Program-made: the position numbers and the translations under genes | Assembly (NCBI GenBank): GCA_946965045.2 | Contig: OX337236.1 | Location: 3,348,001-3,412,000 of the forward strand | Origin: Epithemia pelagica | Taxonomy: Eukaryota; Protista; Bacillariophyta | Reading direction: 5' to 3' | DNA length: 64,000 nucleotides | Shown here: positions 1 through 11,294 of the stretch, one piece after another | Layout of the letters: each line of letters begins with the position of its first letter | How positions within the stretch are numbered: position 1 is the first letter of the stretch | The notes under the pieces: model-generated | Database searches by the model: none | What the model was told of the DNA's origin: nothing | Seen by the model: only the letters and a program-made list of their open reading frames with translations

Positions 1-1
1 G

Positions 2-502
2 GAGTATTTGTACTATGCAACACCCTGTGACAGTGATGTGACAAAAAAGGAGATAGGCTTGACATTCATTTCTTTCTCACCCACCTGGACCACTCATTTG
101 GAGTTGAGGCTTTCCAATGCACGAAGATCTTGTGCAGTGGTTGCCGTGGGATCTTGTCTGGTTGTGGCGGGAGGAGCATGGGTCAATTCAACCGTGGAAG
201 TTCTGGATACGCACCACAACCGCGTTTGGAATCTCCCACCAGTGAATTTACCCAGGGGCTGCAGTATGGTGACTGCTGCCAATCGAATTGCTGTGATTGG
301 TGGAGGGCACAATCCTTCGTGTACGACATTACCACTAATGGATAGGAATTCGTGGTGTTTTCGTCGACTCTGTGAGCAGCAATCGAACGGATGGTATCAT
401 TCTCTTGAAGGTATGGGTATCCGAGATGCTGATATCTCACCCTTCTCCACACCGACATTAGCTTGTAAACGAAAAAGGCCTAATACTCACCTCGGTGATT
501 AA
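2..502 (+). CDS. Kelch-repeat protein K1 (3' part only; 5' end outside window)
   Basis: Open frame from window edge: EYL..ATPCD...SFSPTWTTH...CAVVAVGSCLVVAGG...VEVLDTHHNRVWNLP...VIGG...LPLMDRNSWCFRRLCEQQSNGW, colinear with the C-terminal half of the other paralogs. Confidence 0.9.
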   Translation, partial: EYLYYATPCDSDVTKKEIGLTFISFSPTWTTHLELRLSNARRSCAVVAVGSCLVVAGGAWVNSTVEVLDTHHNRVWNLPPVNLPRGCSMVTAANRIAVIGGGHNPSCTTLPLMDRNSWCFRRLCEQQSNGWYHSLEGMGIRDADISPFSTPTLACKRKRPNTHLGD

Positions 503-1900
503 GGAGAGAATGAAACTTGAAATCTGCTACGTATTGCATGTACGTCCTGACATTGGCAGAACTAAAGCATTATCATTTCGTTCTCAAATCGTAGTTGTAT
601 TGTTTTCTTCATGACATTGCGAACTATTATTGAGATATCATGTACTCCGTTGTAAAGTTACACCATAGTGGAGCCAGTCCTTTGGTAGATGTCGATGGGA
701 CCATGCCTTTCCGCTGTTGAATAGGCCGAGTTATCATGCTGTGGAGGATTATGGTTGCGTGCCTGAAACACTTGGCGCAGCGACGGTCGACCATGCGTTA
801 AACTGTGAGGTCCGGTCCTTCTATGGCCCATGCCTACTACGTGAGAGGACAGTACACCGTCTCTCGATGCTCGTGGTGGTTTTGGGTGACAGGACATTTG
901 CGAATCCTTGGGAATTTTTGCCACCGAAGTGTTCGATAGTTCCTCCAATACAGCAACTATACTTTATCATGAGGTCGGCAAATTGATTGCGTCGATCCAG
1001 CAATCAGTCTCTCCGTAGTGGCTCGTTGACAGTCCATGGGTATCGGTCCATGAGGATCCACAAGAACAATCGCAGTGTGCAAGGTTATGTGTTGCCCCTC
1101 AATGCCAGTTCCACCGAAACCTTGTTGCACGATTGCAACACTGTCGAACAGCACTGTTGGACATGGACCACTACAACGTTTGTGCCTCGTACAGCACCAC
1201 CAAAACCACGACCCGCGCCGATCATGCCTTGGCTGTCGTCTAACAGCAGCGTTGGACCTCGATCACTACCACATTGGAGTCTCGTACCGAACTCAGAAGT
1301 ACCAACAACAAATGTGTTGGACCTCGATCACTACCACAGTTAAGCCTCGTAGCGAACTCTGCAGTACTAACCACAAAACCACGACCACGAACGGCGTCGA
1401 TCATGTCTTGTCTGTCGTCTAATAGAACTTGTTTTGTTGTTGTTGTTCTTCTTCTTCGTTGGATTCTGGTTGGCGTTGCTGCCTTGTCGTTCCACACCGA
1501 CACCCAGCTTGAATCTTCGTATGTATTAAACTTGAAGGGGCGATGCGACCCTTTCCCATGATCAGTTCTTCACTACTCCAATCGGACGCATCAGGAGGGA
1601 GTTAAATTGCGTTCCATACTTCAATCCATAGTACTGCGCTCCTCGTCACCGGCGTAACTACCTCCAATGGGGCGACTTTGTGATCGATTCAGCAGGTCCT
1701 CATGTTGTCATGTCGAGAAAGGGTCCTCGAAAATTGGCGACCAGACTGCCATGCGGTGCCACAACACAAAGAGATTTGCGTGGTCTTGTTGTTGATTCTC
1801 GTTCCATGAAAGACATGTGGATGAGGAAGCATACAATCGCCCTAGTGCTCTTCTTTTTGTTGTTCTGTTCTTTGCTGCACTAGACCTCCTGTTGCGAATC
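500..1900. repeat. Inter-Kelch spacer module D, copy 1 (others ~11280-12720, ~55110-56490, ~62780-64000; boundaries approximate)
   Basis: Shared tracts such as acttgaaat(c/t)tgc..cgtattgcatg and cgatccagcaatcagtctctccgtagtggctcgttgacagtccatggg recur in all four copies. Confidence 0.85.
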
Positions 1901-2257
1901 GAAAGCCAAGGTACGATTTCTAGCTTGTTGCGATGAAAGTTGTCATTGAGTATGTTCATCTGGTTAGAGTCTTCTTTAGAGTCTTTCTCCACGGGAGACA
2001 TGAGAGCAAGTCACAGCAGAAAACGCTGCCAGAAGGCGCGAAAAGGTCAATCTCCGAACTAAAGACGGCGAGGACGGCGACAGCGACGCATTGTGGTGCT
2101 TGCTGATGGTATCTTTTTGTCGTTCGTTTCAATGGATATTCCCCCAAACTGTGATGTGGAGTGTGGAGTCTCCCTGCCCCAAAGTCTTGAGTCCCTTCCA
2201 AATCTTGGTCGCGGAATGAGGACAGGAATGGCTCGCAGGCGCGCCGACCGAGACAAA

Positions 2258-5200
2258 CCCTGTCACTCTATTCAGTCGTGTGCTCACAGGCGCGCCGACC
2301 AAGACGAGCAGTTCCACTCTTTCCTCTATTCGAAAAAGGAGAGGACAATTGACAATTGCTCTCGTCGCCAAGACGACCACTCTACAATAGAACCTACTGC
2401 CACACTCCATGGGAAACCATGGAATCGTTCGTTACGAGCAATTTATGAGACTCTGCCAGTGACGAGGCATGTACTTCTCTTCTTCCTTTTCTTGGTGAAA
2501 GACTACGAGCATCAAAGAGATTGTCGCAAGGAAAAAAGCCAACCATATGAAGGCGCTTCGAATGAAATGGAACAAGGGAGAACAACAACGACCATTCCAC
2601 AAAAGCGGTAGCACCGAGGATGCAGAAGCGTTGACGATGCGTCATTCCTCATCCACAAAACTCCCTCTGCAAGCTTGTCTGCCTCCCCAAGACCCCACAT
2701 TGATGCTGGTGGTGTACAATCGTTGTTGGTGAGACTCTCTCGATCAACCAAGTGGTCCCTCCAGTTTGTCTTCTTCGCAACAAAATCCTAACGCTACATG
2801 AGCAACAAGAAAAGAAACCGAGCGATCCACCATGGACCAATGCAGACAGGGTGATATCGAGTACTCTTCTGATTTACCGCATTCATCCTCAAAACGATCA
2901 GCAATGATTGGTACATGGGATCTCGTGTTTCGTGTAAACAACATCACCATCCCATGGGTCCCTCTGTAAGAAGAGTAGTTGTGGTTATTGAAAGCAGAGG
3001 CTCGACAACTAAGATTGCAAAGAGATCCTCTAGTCACGAGCGCCCACGAAGAACGAAGAATCTATGGATGCAAAACACAGGGATAGAGAGAAATAGATCG
3101 GAGCCATATACATACCAGTGGTTCTGTGTCGTTAATTTCGGTATCCAAAAACTTCTCCGAAAAGAATGCGTGATCTGTGACAAGAACAGTCACGATATTT
3201 CTCTATCCATCGATTTCGGCAAGTCAGTCGTGCTTCCAGTCCGCACCTATCAGAATCACAGGAGCAAAGCAAACCTGTCCCGATCCTCATAAATTCTGCA
3301 GTTAGTATTTTGGAACAACCATGAATGACTCGAATTTGGAACTAAACACCTCTCACTGGGAATACAACGCTCAGTACGAATGTCAAGGACAGAGCGGAAC
3401 GGTGTGGGCAGGAGACGACCATTTTGTGGATCAGTCATGGCTGCTAGGCGACGGCAAACAGAGTGGTGAGATGGCTGTTACCAATGATCGCCCGACCATA
3501 CTTTATACATGCATCCGCCACCCCTCTGGCCCAAACGCAGGCAAGTCGATAGCCCATGAGAACCATCCTTTTGTGGCGCTCGTTTATTTGCTCGCCGCGG
3601 AAGAGCCGAATTCTGAAGTATTTCTATCAGCGCCATTCTTATCGGACTTTGCTGTGATATATCAGCTCTGTCATTATGCGATGCCGACAGCTTCAAATCT
3701 AAAGATATTCATTGTTCTGGGACCATCTCCCTGGAATATTGAAAGTCTGCAGAATTTTGTCGGCACGTATGAAAATCGGCGCGTCGCTGTGGCTCGCCTC
3801 CGTATCAAGTTGTACGGCAAAGATTCGGAATTTTTCCATTCCAAAGCGGTCGTTACCAGTGCTGGAGCTATGGTTGGATCTTACAACTATACCCAAGCTT
3901 CTCGGTTGAAACACTACGAGCATGCTGTCTTATTTGATCCATCCTTCCTCCAGTACCAAGGCTTGCGAACCGAGCTCAGCCAGTTCTGGGATTCTTTGGA
4001 TGTATCGGAGGTCAGCATTCCGAGAATGGATGAGCCACAGCAACAGAAAGCCGTTAGCAACCCATACAAGAAGAAGAAAGTGCAGAAGTAAAGATCTTCT
4101 TGAGTTTGATAATCCCTGATTTCTGCGGATTTAAGCCGCGTATTGTATTCGAGCAGGTGACCTAGTTTCCAAACTGCACCACGGCACACTCGTCGACTAT
4201 ACAGGTTTTGGGAACAATTGCAGTTGCCGATTGTCCTAAAATAGGTTGCGGCTTTCGCTCGTCTCAACTAGGAAGAATTAAATATCGTGGTTCAAAGTAG
4301 TGTACCATAAAGTAACAAACAAAGACAGCATGTTGCTCTCTTTATGTGAATGGGCACAGGGTGTCATTCTCGACAGTTACTGAATGGTTTGAGTTCAGGG
4401 GACCTGTCATGATCCGGATTACCCAGATAGAAGATCTTGGCTCTCGACAGCCCATGTTTTTGGGCAAAGAGAACAAGTCGTAAGACGGACTGATGGAGAG
4501 CATCTTGTGCACAAGTTTCGGGTAGAACGGCCACCAAACTTCCCTCAGACTACTGGGACAGTAGTGCTCATCGACACTCCTTTGTGAATCCAAAATTCTG
4601 TTCTCGTGGCCGCAGATCCCCACCTATGACAATGACACGGTATGGTTGTGGAGTACAACACCCAAAGGTTGGACGAGTAAGACTTGTTTCCAAGAGAGAC
4701 TGCGCGGATTCGGACCAAGGCTTGGTGTAATCGTGAAGCAGAAAGCACACTTGCGTCACGTTGACTGAAGAAAAGCATTCTGATTGCCGTCGTTGCATAG
4801 ACAAGGAGATTGCTTAGATCTTGTCGGGTGCTGTCAAACTATGGACCAAGCTCCAGGCCAATAAACACCAGAGAATCGATCGAGCCACGCTCAAACTGCA
4901 ATGTTGCCGCCGCTGCAGCTGCTACCAGGCTTGGATTCACAGTCGATATCCATGTTCGCGATCGGTGTTTCATGTCACAGAACACACTGGCATTGGACAA
5001 GGCCACTCTGTGATTGTCTTGTTCCTGTTCTTGCCGTTGTACTACCACCTCTGTTTCAGAAATTGCGGAACTGGATTTTTTGGAATAGACCCACAGGAAT
5101 GCAACTCCCGAATCTGTCAGTCACATCCTGCAATTTCCAACGGCCTCTTTTGTTGCAACGGTGTATTTTCGTCATTAGTGGTTTGACACCGGCAATTTGA

Positions 5201-5408
5201 CATATCCTGACACACAAAACTCTTGTACGTTATCGACGCCAGGTGCATCGAAGCGACGACTCATCCGGTCTAGTTTTTTCCTTCTTGAACTCTTGTGGTT
5301 TTCAATCGAGATGACAACATCACCCAGTGACAAATGTAGCACCGGTCCTGACACCCACCATTGGCGAACGGAGGCCCTTGAGCCCGTGCGATATGCGTCT
5401 GCCACAAT
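2258..5408. repeat. Segmental duplication A (PLD block), copy 1; copy 2 at ~26655-29778
   Basis: Line-by-line near identity with small indels; the PLD CDSs differ at 7 of 771 nt. Confidence 0.95.
3321..4091 (+). CDS. PLD-superfamily single-HKD protein (Nuc/Zucchini-like putative nuclease or phosphodiesterase), copy 1
   Basis: 256-aa ORF with FHSKAVVTSAGAMVGSYNYT (HxK...GSxN; canonical Asp replaced by Ser) followed by HYEHAVL; basic C-terminus NPYKKKKVQK. Confidence 0.8.
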   Translation: MNDSNLELNTSHWEYNAQYECQGQSGTVWAGDDHFVDQSWLLGDGKQSGEMAVTNDRPTILYTCIRHPSGPNAGKSIAHENHPFVALVYLLAAEEPNSEVFLSAPFLSDFAVIYQLCHYAMPTASNLKIFIVLGPSPWNIESLQNFVGTYENRRVAVARLRIKLYGKDSEFFHSKAVVTSAGAMVGSYNYTQASRLKHYEHAVLFDPSFLQYQGLRTELSQFWDSLDVSEVSIPRMDEPQQQKAVSNPYKKKKVQK

Positions 5409-6120
5409 CATTGGACGACATGCGCGAGCATTACTGACAACCGGCCAAGACGGCACGACACGGATTTGGCTCTCCCAAACAGATGATGATTGATGGAGTC
5501 GGTATCAATAATGACATAAGGGACCAACCTTTGCGGTCCAACCACAGCCACGTGACATTCTCGAAAGCGGTCCAAAGAAGACGAATGCAGGCATCTGCTG
5601 TTAATGCAACACGGGAAGCGCGTCACAATGGGTTCCTTCTGGTCCATCATGTCGTGGCCTTGCTTCCTTCACTATATACCCGATGCATTCAAATCATTGG
5701 ATCAAGAGTCAAGAGAGGACCACTCTCTCTGTTGTTGCTGTCGTTGTGAACAGACTGTATAGGACCAAGGAAAGAATGGTGTTCCACGAATGGCGTGGGA
5801 CGAGATGACTTGGAAATAAGGGATTGTCGATCTGTGGATGTTGAATTACCAATCTGTGGACCAATGTATCATTCAAAAGGACCTCTTCATCACTATATTT
5901 GGTATCTCTCGCTCTCCCTTGTTTTGTGTCGTATCATATTAATGCAGCACAAAAGATACTTTTGGGGGCTTGTCATGAAATCTATGTGCGATTGATTCCC
6001 TTCACCATCGTACGCAGGACAGGCACAACTTTCCTACTCTCTCTCTCCTCTACACGCAACAAAGCTCGCTGTCATTTCTCGTCGACGTTGTAACAGACGT
6101 CGTTGTAAAGCGCCGTGACC

Positions 6121-7338
6121 ATGACAACGACACTGCAAAAGCAAGCATGGCAGTCGGGCCTTGTCCTGTTAGACGATGAGACACCGGAATGGAATTTCGA
6201 GGACTGGCCTTCTCTTGAGGGAGAAGGGCGTTATCGTCATGCTTCGGTCGTACTGAATCATACCGATAACAACCAAGAACAAACCGTCGTCGTGTTGGGT
6301 GGATATCGAACAGGTCAAGGCGAGCTAGATTCCATTCTTGTATTAAACTTGGCAGAATCAAACAAGCAGTGGCGCGAAGGGCCACGCATGAACCAGAAAC
6401 GTGATGGACATGCCGCTGTTGTGTGCAATGGAGGCATTTACGTGATGGGAGGAGACAATGGAGGTTCAGATTTGAATTGCATGGAACGAATCGACGCCAA
6501 TGATTTGCTTCGATCATCTTTGACAACCACCACCACGCATGAGAGCAGTTGGACGGCATTGACATGTCGCTTATCAACGCATCGATTTGGATGTTGTGCT
6601 GTTGCGGTTCACAACCGATACATCGTTGTAATGGGTGGCCATAACAACGATGGTTATTTGTCGTCGGTGGATATTATTGATACCAGCAACCACACTGTCA
6701 TTGAGGGACCATCCATGACTGTTCCACGACAACTTTGTGGCAGTGCGGTGATTGGCCACCGCATCTTTGTCGTTGGAGGTTGGAACGACAATGGCCATCT
6801 TGACTCGGTGGAGTATTTGGACTATGCAACACCCCTTGACAGTGATGGGACAAAAAAGGAGACTGGCTCGACATTCATTTCTTTCTCGTCCACTTGGATC
6901 ACTCATCCTGATTTGGTTCTTTCCAACCCTAGAGATTCTTGTGCAATGGTTGCCGTGGGATCTTGTCTGGTGGTGGCAGGAGAACGAGGCAATCCAACCG
7001 TTGATGTCTTGGATACGAACCGCAACCGCGTGTGGAATCTCTCACAATTCGGAAATGACCACAATCGCCGCGAAGGATGCAGTATGGTGACTGTTGCCAA
7101 TCAAGTTGCCGTGATTGGTGGATGGCGCAATCCTACCTGTGTGACATTGCCACTTATGGATAGGAATTCGTGGTGTTTTCGTCGACTTTGTGAGCAGCAA
7201 TCGAACGGATGGTATCATTCTCTTAAAGGAATAGGTATCCGAGATGCTGATATCTCACCCTTCTTGACATTGGCATCAGCACGTCAACGCGCAAGGTCCA
7301 ATACTCAAAGTGGTGATGAAGGGGCCGATGAAGCCTAG
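6121..7338 (+). CDS. Kelch-repeat beta-propeller protein K2
   Basis: Repeated Kelch blades (hhhhGG...W...M...R..H/C); ATG at 6121, 2 codons into the listed GTG-start ORF; family N-terminus MTTTL..QAWQSGL. Confidence 0.95.
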   Translation: MTTTLQKQAWQSGLVLLDDETPEWNFEDWPSLEGEGRYRHASVVLNHTDNNQEQTVVVLGGYRTGQGELDSILVLNLAESNKQWREGPRMNQKRDGHAAVVCNGGIYVMGGDNGGSDLNCMERIDANDLLRSSLTTTTTHESSWTALTCRLSTHRFGCCAVAVHNRYIVVMGGHNNDGYLSSVDIIDTSNHTVIEGPSMTVPRQLCGSAVIGHRIFVVGGWNDNGHLDSVEYLDYATPLDSDGTKKETGSTFISFSSTWITHPDLVLSNPRDSCAMVAVGSCLVVAGERGNPTVDVLDTNRNRVWNLSQFGNDHNRREGCSMVTVANQVAVIGGWRNPTCVTLPLMDRNSWCFRRLCEQQSNGWYHSLKGIGIRDADISPFLTLASARQRARSNTQSGDEGADEA

Positions 7339-7509
7339 CCGTTTATTTCTCGAGTGGTTGACTTGTTTTCTACATTCGATTGCAATACTACAACCTAGTA
7401 GGTAGTTACTCAAAAGTAGAAAGAACATGTTGTGCAAGATAGAAGGTGCTTGCTTGATGTCAAAGATGTGGAAAGAACGACCAAATTTTTTGTCTCTACA
7501 AGTGGTAGT

Positions 7510-7891
7510 ATTAATACTTCCCGGTGTCGAGTCCTTTCAAGGAGGGAACGCCCGGCGCGGAGGGTAGAATGACGAGGAGGGCAATGGTCGAGGAGGGCGC
7601 ACGCCCGACAAGACAGTTGCCCGTCGAGTCATTCTCCCGACAAGCCGGGCGCGCCCGACGCGAGAGGACGGCCAGACACAGGGAAGTAGTAAACTTACTC
7701 CCTATCAAGCTGTGTAGGTAGTGAGAAATTCCTGGAAGCCATGTCACAAAGTGTCACACAAGTGTCACACAAGTGTCACACACGAGAGGGAAACCGCGCG
7801 ACTCGCACGAAACTACTTCCCGGTTGTACAAAAACTTCCTAGTGTAGTATAAAAATGTGAGACGAACTACCTACACAGTCTGGTATGGAGT
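7510..7891. mobile_element. Unclassified ~380-bp insertion flanked by TAGT direct repeat
   Basis: Absent from the paralogous spacer at ~59445 (caagtggtaatgccacc); TAGT at 7506-7509 and 7892-7895; internal direct, inverted and 11-bp tandem repeats. Confidence 0.6.
7741..7782 (+). repeat. 11-bp tandem repeat (GTGTCACACAA) x~3.8
   Basis: atgtcacaaa gtgtcacacaa gtgtcacacaa gtgtcacaca. Confidence 0.9.
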
Positions 7892-10112
7892 TAGTGCCAC
7901 CACCGTGCTTGTGCGGTCGTGAGACTAGAATCTGGGGCTTTGTGTTGGCATCATGGCACTTTGTAGGACACAGAGTTACCGTCCATGGATCGGTAGGTAT
8001 ATGACAGGGACACCGATATCCAACAGTGGTGAATTCCAGAAAGGGAGAGTTTCGCATCGATGTAGTAGCCAAGGTCAATACGGTTTGTCGCCATTTTGTT
8101 TCCACTACGATTGAGTAGTGAAGAGTACTCTTAGTGTTCGTGACCGGGCAAATTCAGGCAGTTTGTTTTGACATAGTGGTTGCCGTGACTGTCAAGGGTG
8201 TTCCATCCTGTCGTTTCTTGGCATGGGATGCTGTTGCTACGACACAATTTTGCTGTGGACCACGACCATTGGTCGATCATTTGTTACCATCCAAACAACA
8301 CTTGAAGAGTAATTGGTTGTGATATTGGTGGACTTCTTGTCTGGTTTGAGTAAAGTAGCATGTGTAGTCCTGGCGGTTCTTGCCGCATCGGCTTGTTCCT
8401 CTTGTGGTTGGTTCCTCCTTGTTGGAGCGACAAATCACTCGACGCGGGAAAGGTAGTGGTTGTGCTACTGTGTCAGTCGTTTCAGTCTGGGGTGCTGGTG
8501 GACCCTGTTCCAAAACAACCAACTTGTCGTGGTTGTCGTTCTTTGGTCCACACCAATTGCCGATGATCGATCGAAACCAATCATTCACTACTATTAGATA
8601 TTGCGAGAGGGAGGACAAAACGGGATGCCTGTTGTGCATCCGACGATTGTTATTGTTGTTTCGGTCCTGTTGGTGGATCGGGAATCATGATTTTTCTTTT
8701 CTTGTCATGCTCCTTGACGAAAGAGCAGGATGGTTGTTCTTGCTGTTGTTGTTTGGGTGTAATTGGTTGTTCTTGTTGTACGTTGTCGTCAACATATCGT
8801 AGTACAATCAAGTGACTGCATTCTCTTTGCTCCTTTCCTCCATGAACCATGAGTTTCGACATCTGGTCGTGCTCCATGTTTTGGCTTGGTTCATGGTCTT
8901 GGTCGATGAATGCGACAAAAGGACGAGAAGGAAGAGTAAAAGCACGACTGGCAAAACCTTGCAGACCCTGTAGTCCGCTTCTCTGATAGTTCTTTTTGGA
9001 AATCAAGCATGGTTGGTTGCTGCTTCTCTACGTTCCTCGTCGCCATGTGAAGAACGAATCATTGTTGATTGAGCAAAGACGGAATGGAACTGTCGTTGAG
9101 AAGCAAGGGGAAGCAACCAGTCTCTCGACTGGCACTACCAGGTCGACAGTTGTTCAATGGAACTTGTCGTCTGTTGTTGGTTCAAAAACCATCGCTGTGC
9201 CCTATTCTCGCCTTTGTGGAGGAACGGGAAGCAACACTGCAAGAAGCGCCAGAAATGTTCTTGCAATTGGACTGTTACTCTTGCTCCTCCGTTCGTCGGA
9301 GTTACTATCTTCATTTTTGTCAGTGTCCTTCTCTTCTTCCTGTTTGCCGTGTTCCGACCGGCTAGCATGTATGATGGTACTGCATCGTTCGTTTTGGGGG
9401 ATCTGATGTCTAGTCATTCGAGATCTGAGTTCTGCAATGGGAACCGCCAATTTGCTCATTCCTGAGAATTTGCGATTCTTGTGGCCGTCTTGTCCTATGA
9501 GCTCAGTCACTCCATCTTGTCGATGAATGGTCTTCTCTTCAGGCTCGATACTAACATATACTCTTGTTTGTGCTCTTACTGCCTTGTCTACTCAAATGCA
9601 GGCGTCTTCTGCTGTTGCAACAAGGAAAGCGACTCAAAATGGGATACATGACATGTTCCTTCTGGTCCATCTTGTCGTCAGATTCTCGTTTTGGCGTAGT
9701 TGTGATTGTGGCCTTGGCTCCGTCACGAAGCGATGCCCATTCGAATCATTGGATCAAGAGAAGACCACTCTCTGTTGTTGTTGTTGTTGCTGTCATTGTG
9801 AACAGTCCGCATGACCACGGGAATAATGGCGCTCCAAAAAAGGCTTTGGACGAGAGATGACTTGGAAACTAGGGATATCGACCCAGTGGATGTTGGATTG
9901 GCCATCTGTGGACCTCTTCATCATACGCATTAAAAAACAGCACAAAAGATACTTCTTGGGGCTTGTCATGTAATCTATGTGCGATTGACTTCCCTTCGCC
10001 ATCGTACGCATGACAGGCACAGCTCCAGGCCTCGGCGCTCTCGCGTTGCTCAAAATTACACAAAGCTATATTATGCTCGTCGACGTTGTAAATTGTAAAG
10101 CGCCCCGTGATC

Positions 10113-11294
10113 ATGACAACGTCACTGCAAAAGCAAGCATGGCAGTCAGCTCTTTTCCTACCCGACGCGACAGCAGAGTGGAATCAAAATGACTGGCCTC
10201 CTCTTGAAGGTGGATCGCGTTATCGTCATAGTTCGGTCGTACTGGATCATTCCGATAACAACAAGGAACAAACCGTCGTCGTGTTGGGAGGATTTCAAGA
10301 AGGTCAAGGTGCCACCAATTCCGTTCTGTTATTGAATCTGACAGACCCAGACAAACAATGGCGAGAAGGACCTCCCATGAACGAGAAACGTGATGAACTT
10401 GCCGCTGTTGTGTGCAATGGCGGCGTCTACGTAATGGGAGGATACAACAATGAAAGAATTTTGAATTGCATCGAAAAAATTGATGCCAATGATTTGCTGC
10501 AATCATCTTTGACAACCAGCACCACACATGAGCGTCATTGGACGACATTGACATGTCGATTATCAACGGGACGATATGGATGTTGTGCTGTTGCGGTGCA
10601 CAACCGATATATGGTTGTCATGGGTGGACGCTACTGGAGACAGACCTTGGCGTCGGTGGATATTCTAGATAGCACCAACCACACTCTCATTTCCGGACCA
10701 TCTATGACTGCTCCACGAGCATGGTGTGCCAGTGCGGTCGTTGGTCACCGCATCTTTGTTGTTGGAGGTCGAAACGATGACAATGTACTTGATTCGGTGG
10801 AGTATTTGGATGATGCAATGGACAAAACTTTGGCTACAGTCATTTCCTTCTCGTCCGCTTGGACCACTCACCCTGAATTGGTGCTTCCCAACCCTCGAGC
10901 TTATTCGTGTGCAATGGTTGCCGTGGGATCTTGTCTTATTGTGGCCGGAGGAAGCCGTCAAACCGTGGAAGTGTTGGATACGCACCGCAACCGCGTTTGG
11001 AATCTCCCACCACTCGGAAATAACCGCACTGACTGCACTTTGGTGACTGTTGCCAATCAAGTTGCCGTGATTGGTGGTGGATGCAATTCTACCTGTGCAA
11101 CATTGCCACTACTGGACAAGAATTCGTGGTGTTTTCGACAACTCTGTGAACAGCAGCGCAACGGATGGTACCAGTTCCGGGAAAGAATAGATATCCGACA
11201 TGTTCATATTTCACCCTTCTCCACCTCGACATCAGCTCATAAACGAGCAAGGCCCGATACACTCCGTGGTGATGAAGTTTTGGATGAAACTTGA
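10113..11294 (+). CDS. Kelch-repeat protein K3
   Basis: Kelch blades with GG motifs; ATG at 10113 matches paralog starts; tail HKRARP. Confidence 0.95.
   Translation: MTTSLQKQAWQSALFLPDATAEWNQNDWPPLEGGSRYRHSSVVLDHSDNNKEQTVVVLGGFQEGQGATNSVLLLNLTDPDKQWREGPPMNEKRDELAAVVCNGGVYVMGGYNNERILNCIEKIDANDLLQSSLTTSTTHERHWTTLTCRLSTGRYGCCAVAVHNRYMVVMGGRYWRQTLASVDILDSTNHTLISGPSMTAPRAWCASAVVGHRIFVVGGRNDDNVLDSVEYLDDAMDKTLATVISFSSAWTTHPELVLPNPRAYSCAMVAVGSCLIVAGGSRQTVEVLDTHRNRVWNLPPLGNNRTDCTLVTVANQVAVIGGGCNSTCATLPLLDKNSWCFRQLCEQQRNGWYQFRERIDIRHVHISPFSTSTSAHKRARPDTLRGDEVLDET

Noticed and set aside
2394-3037. 79-aa and 97-aa minus-strand ORFs kept open in four module copies (also ~26900-27430, ~44150-44680, ~57210-57740)
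   Set aside because: The copies are too similar for openness to indicate selection, no domain is recognisable, and the diverged copy at ~21650-22140 breaks them
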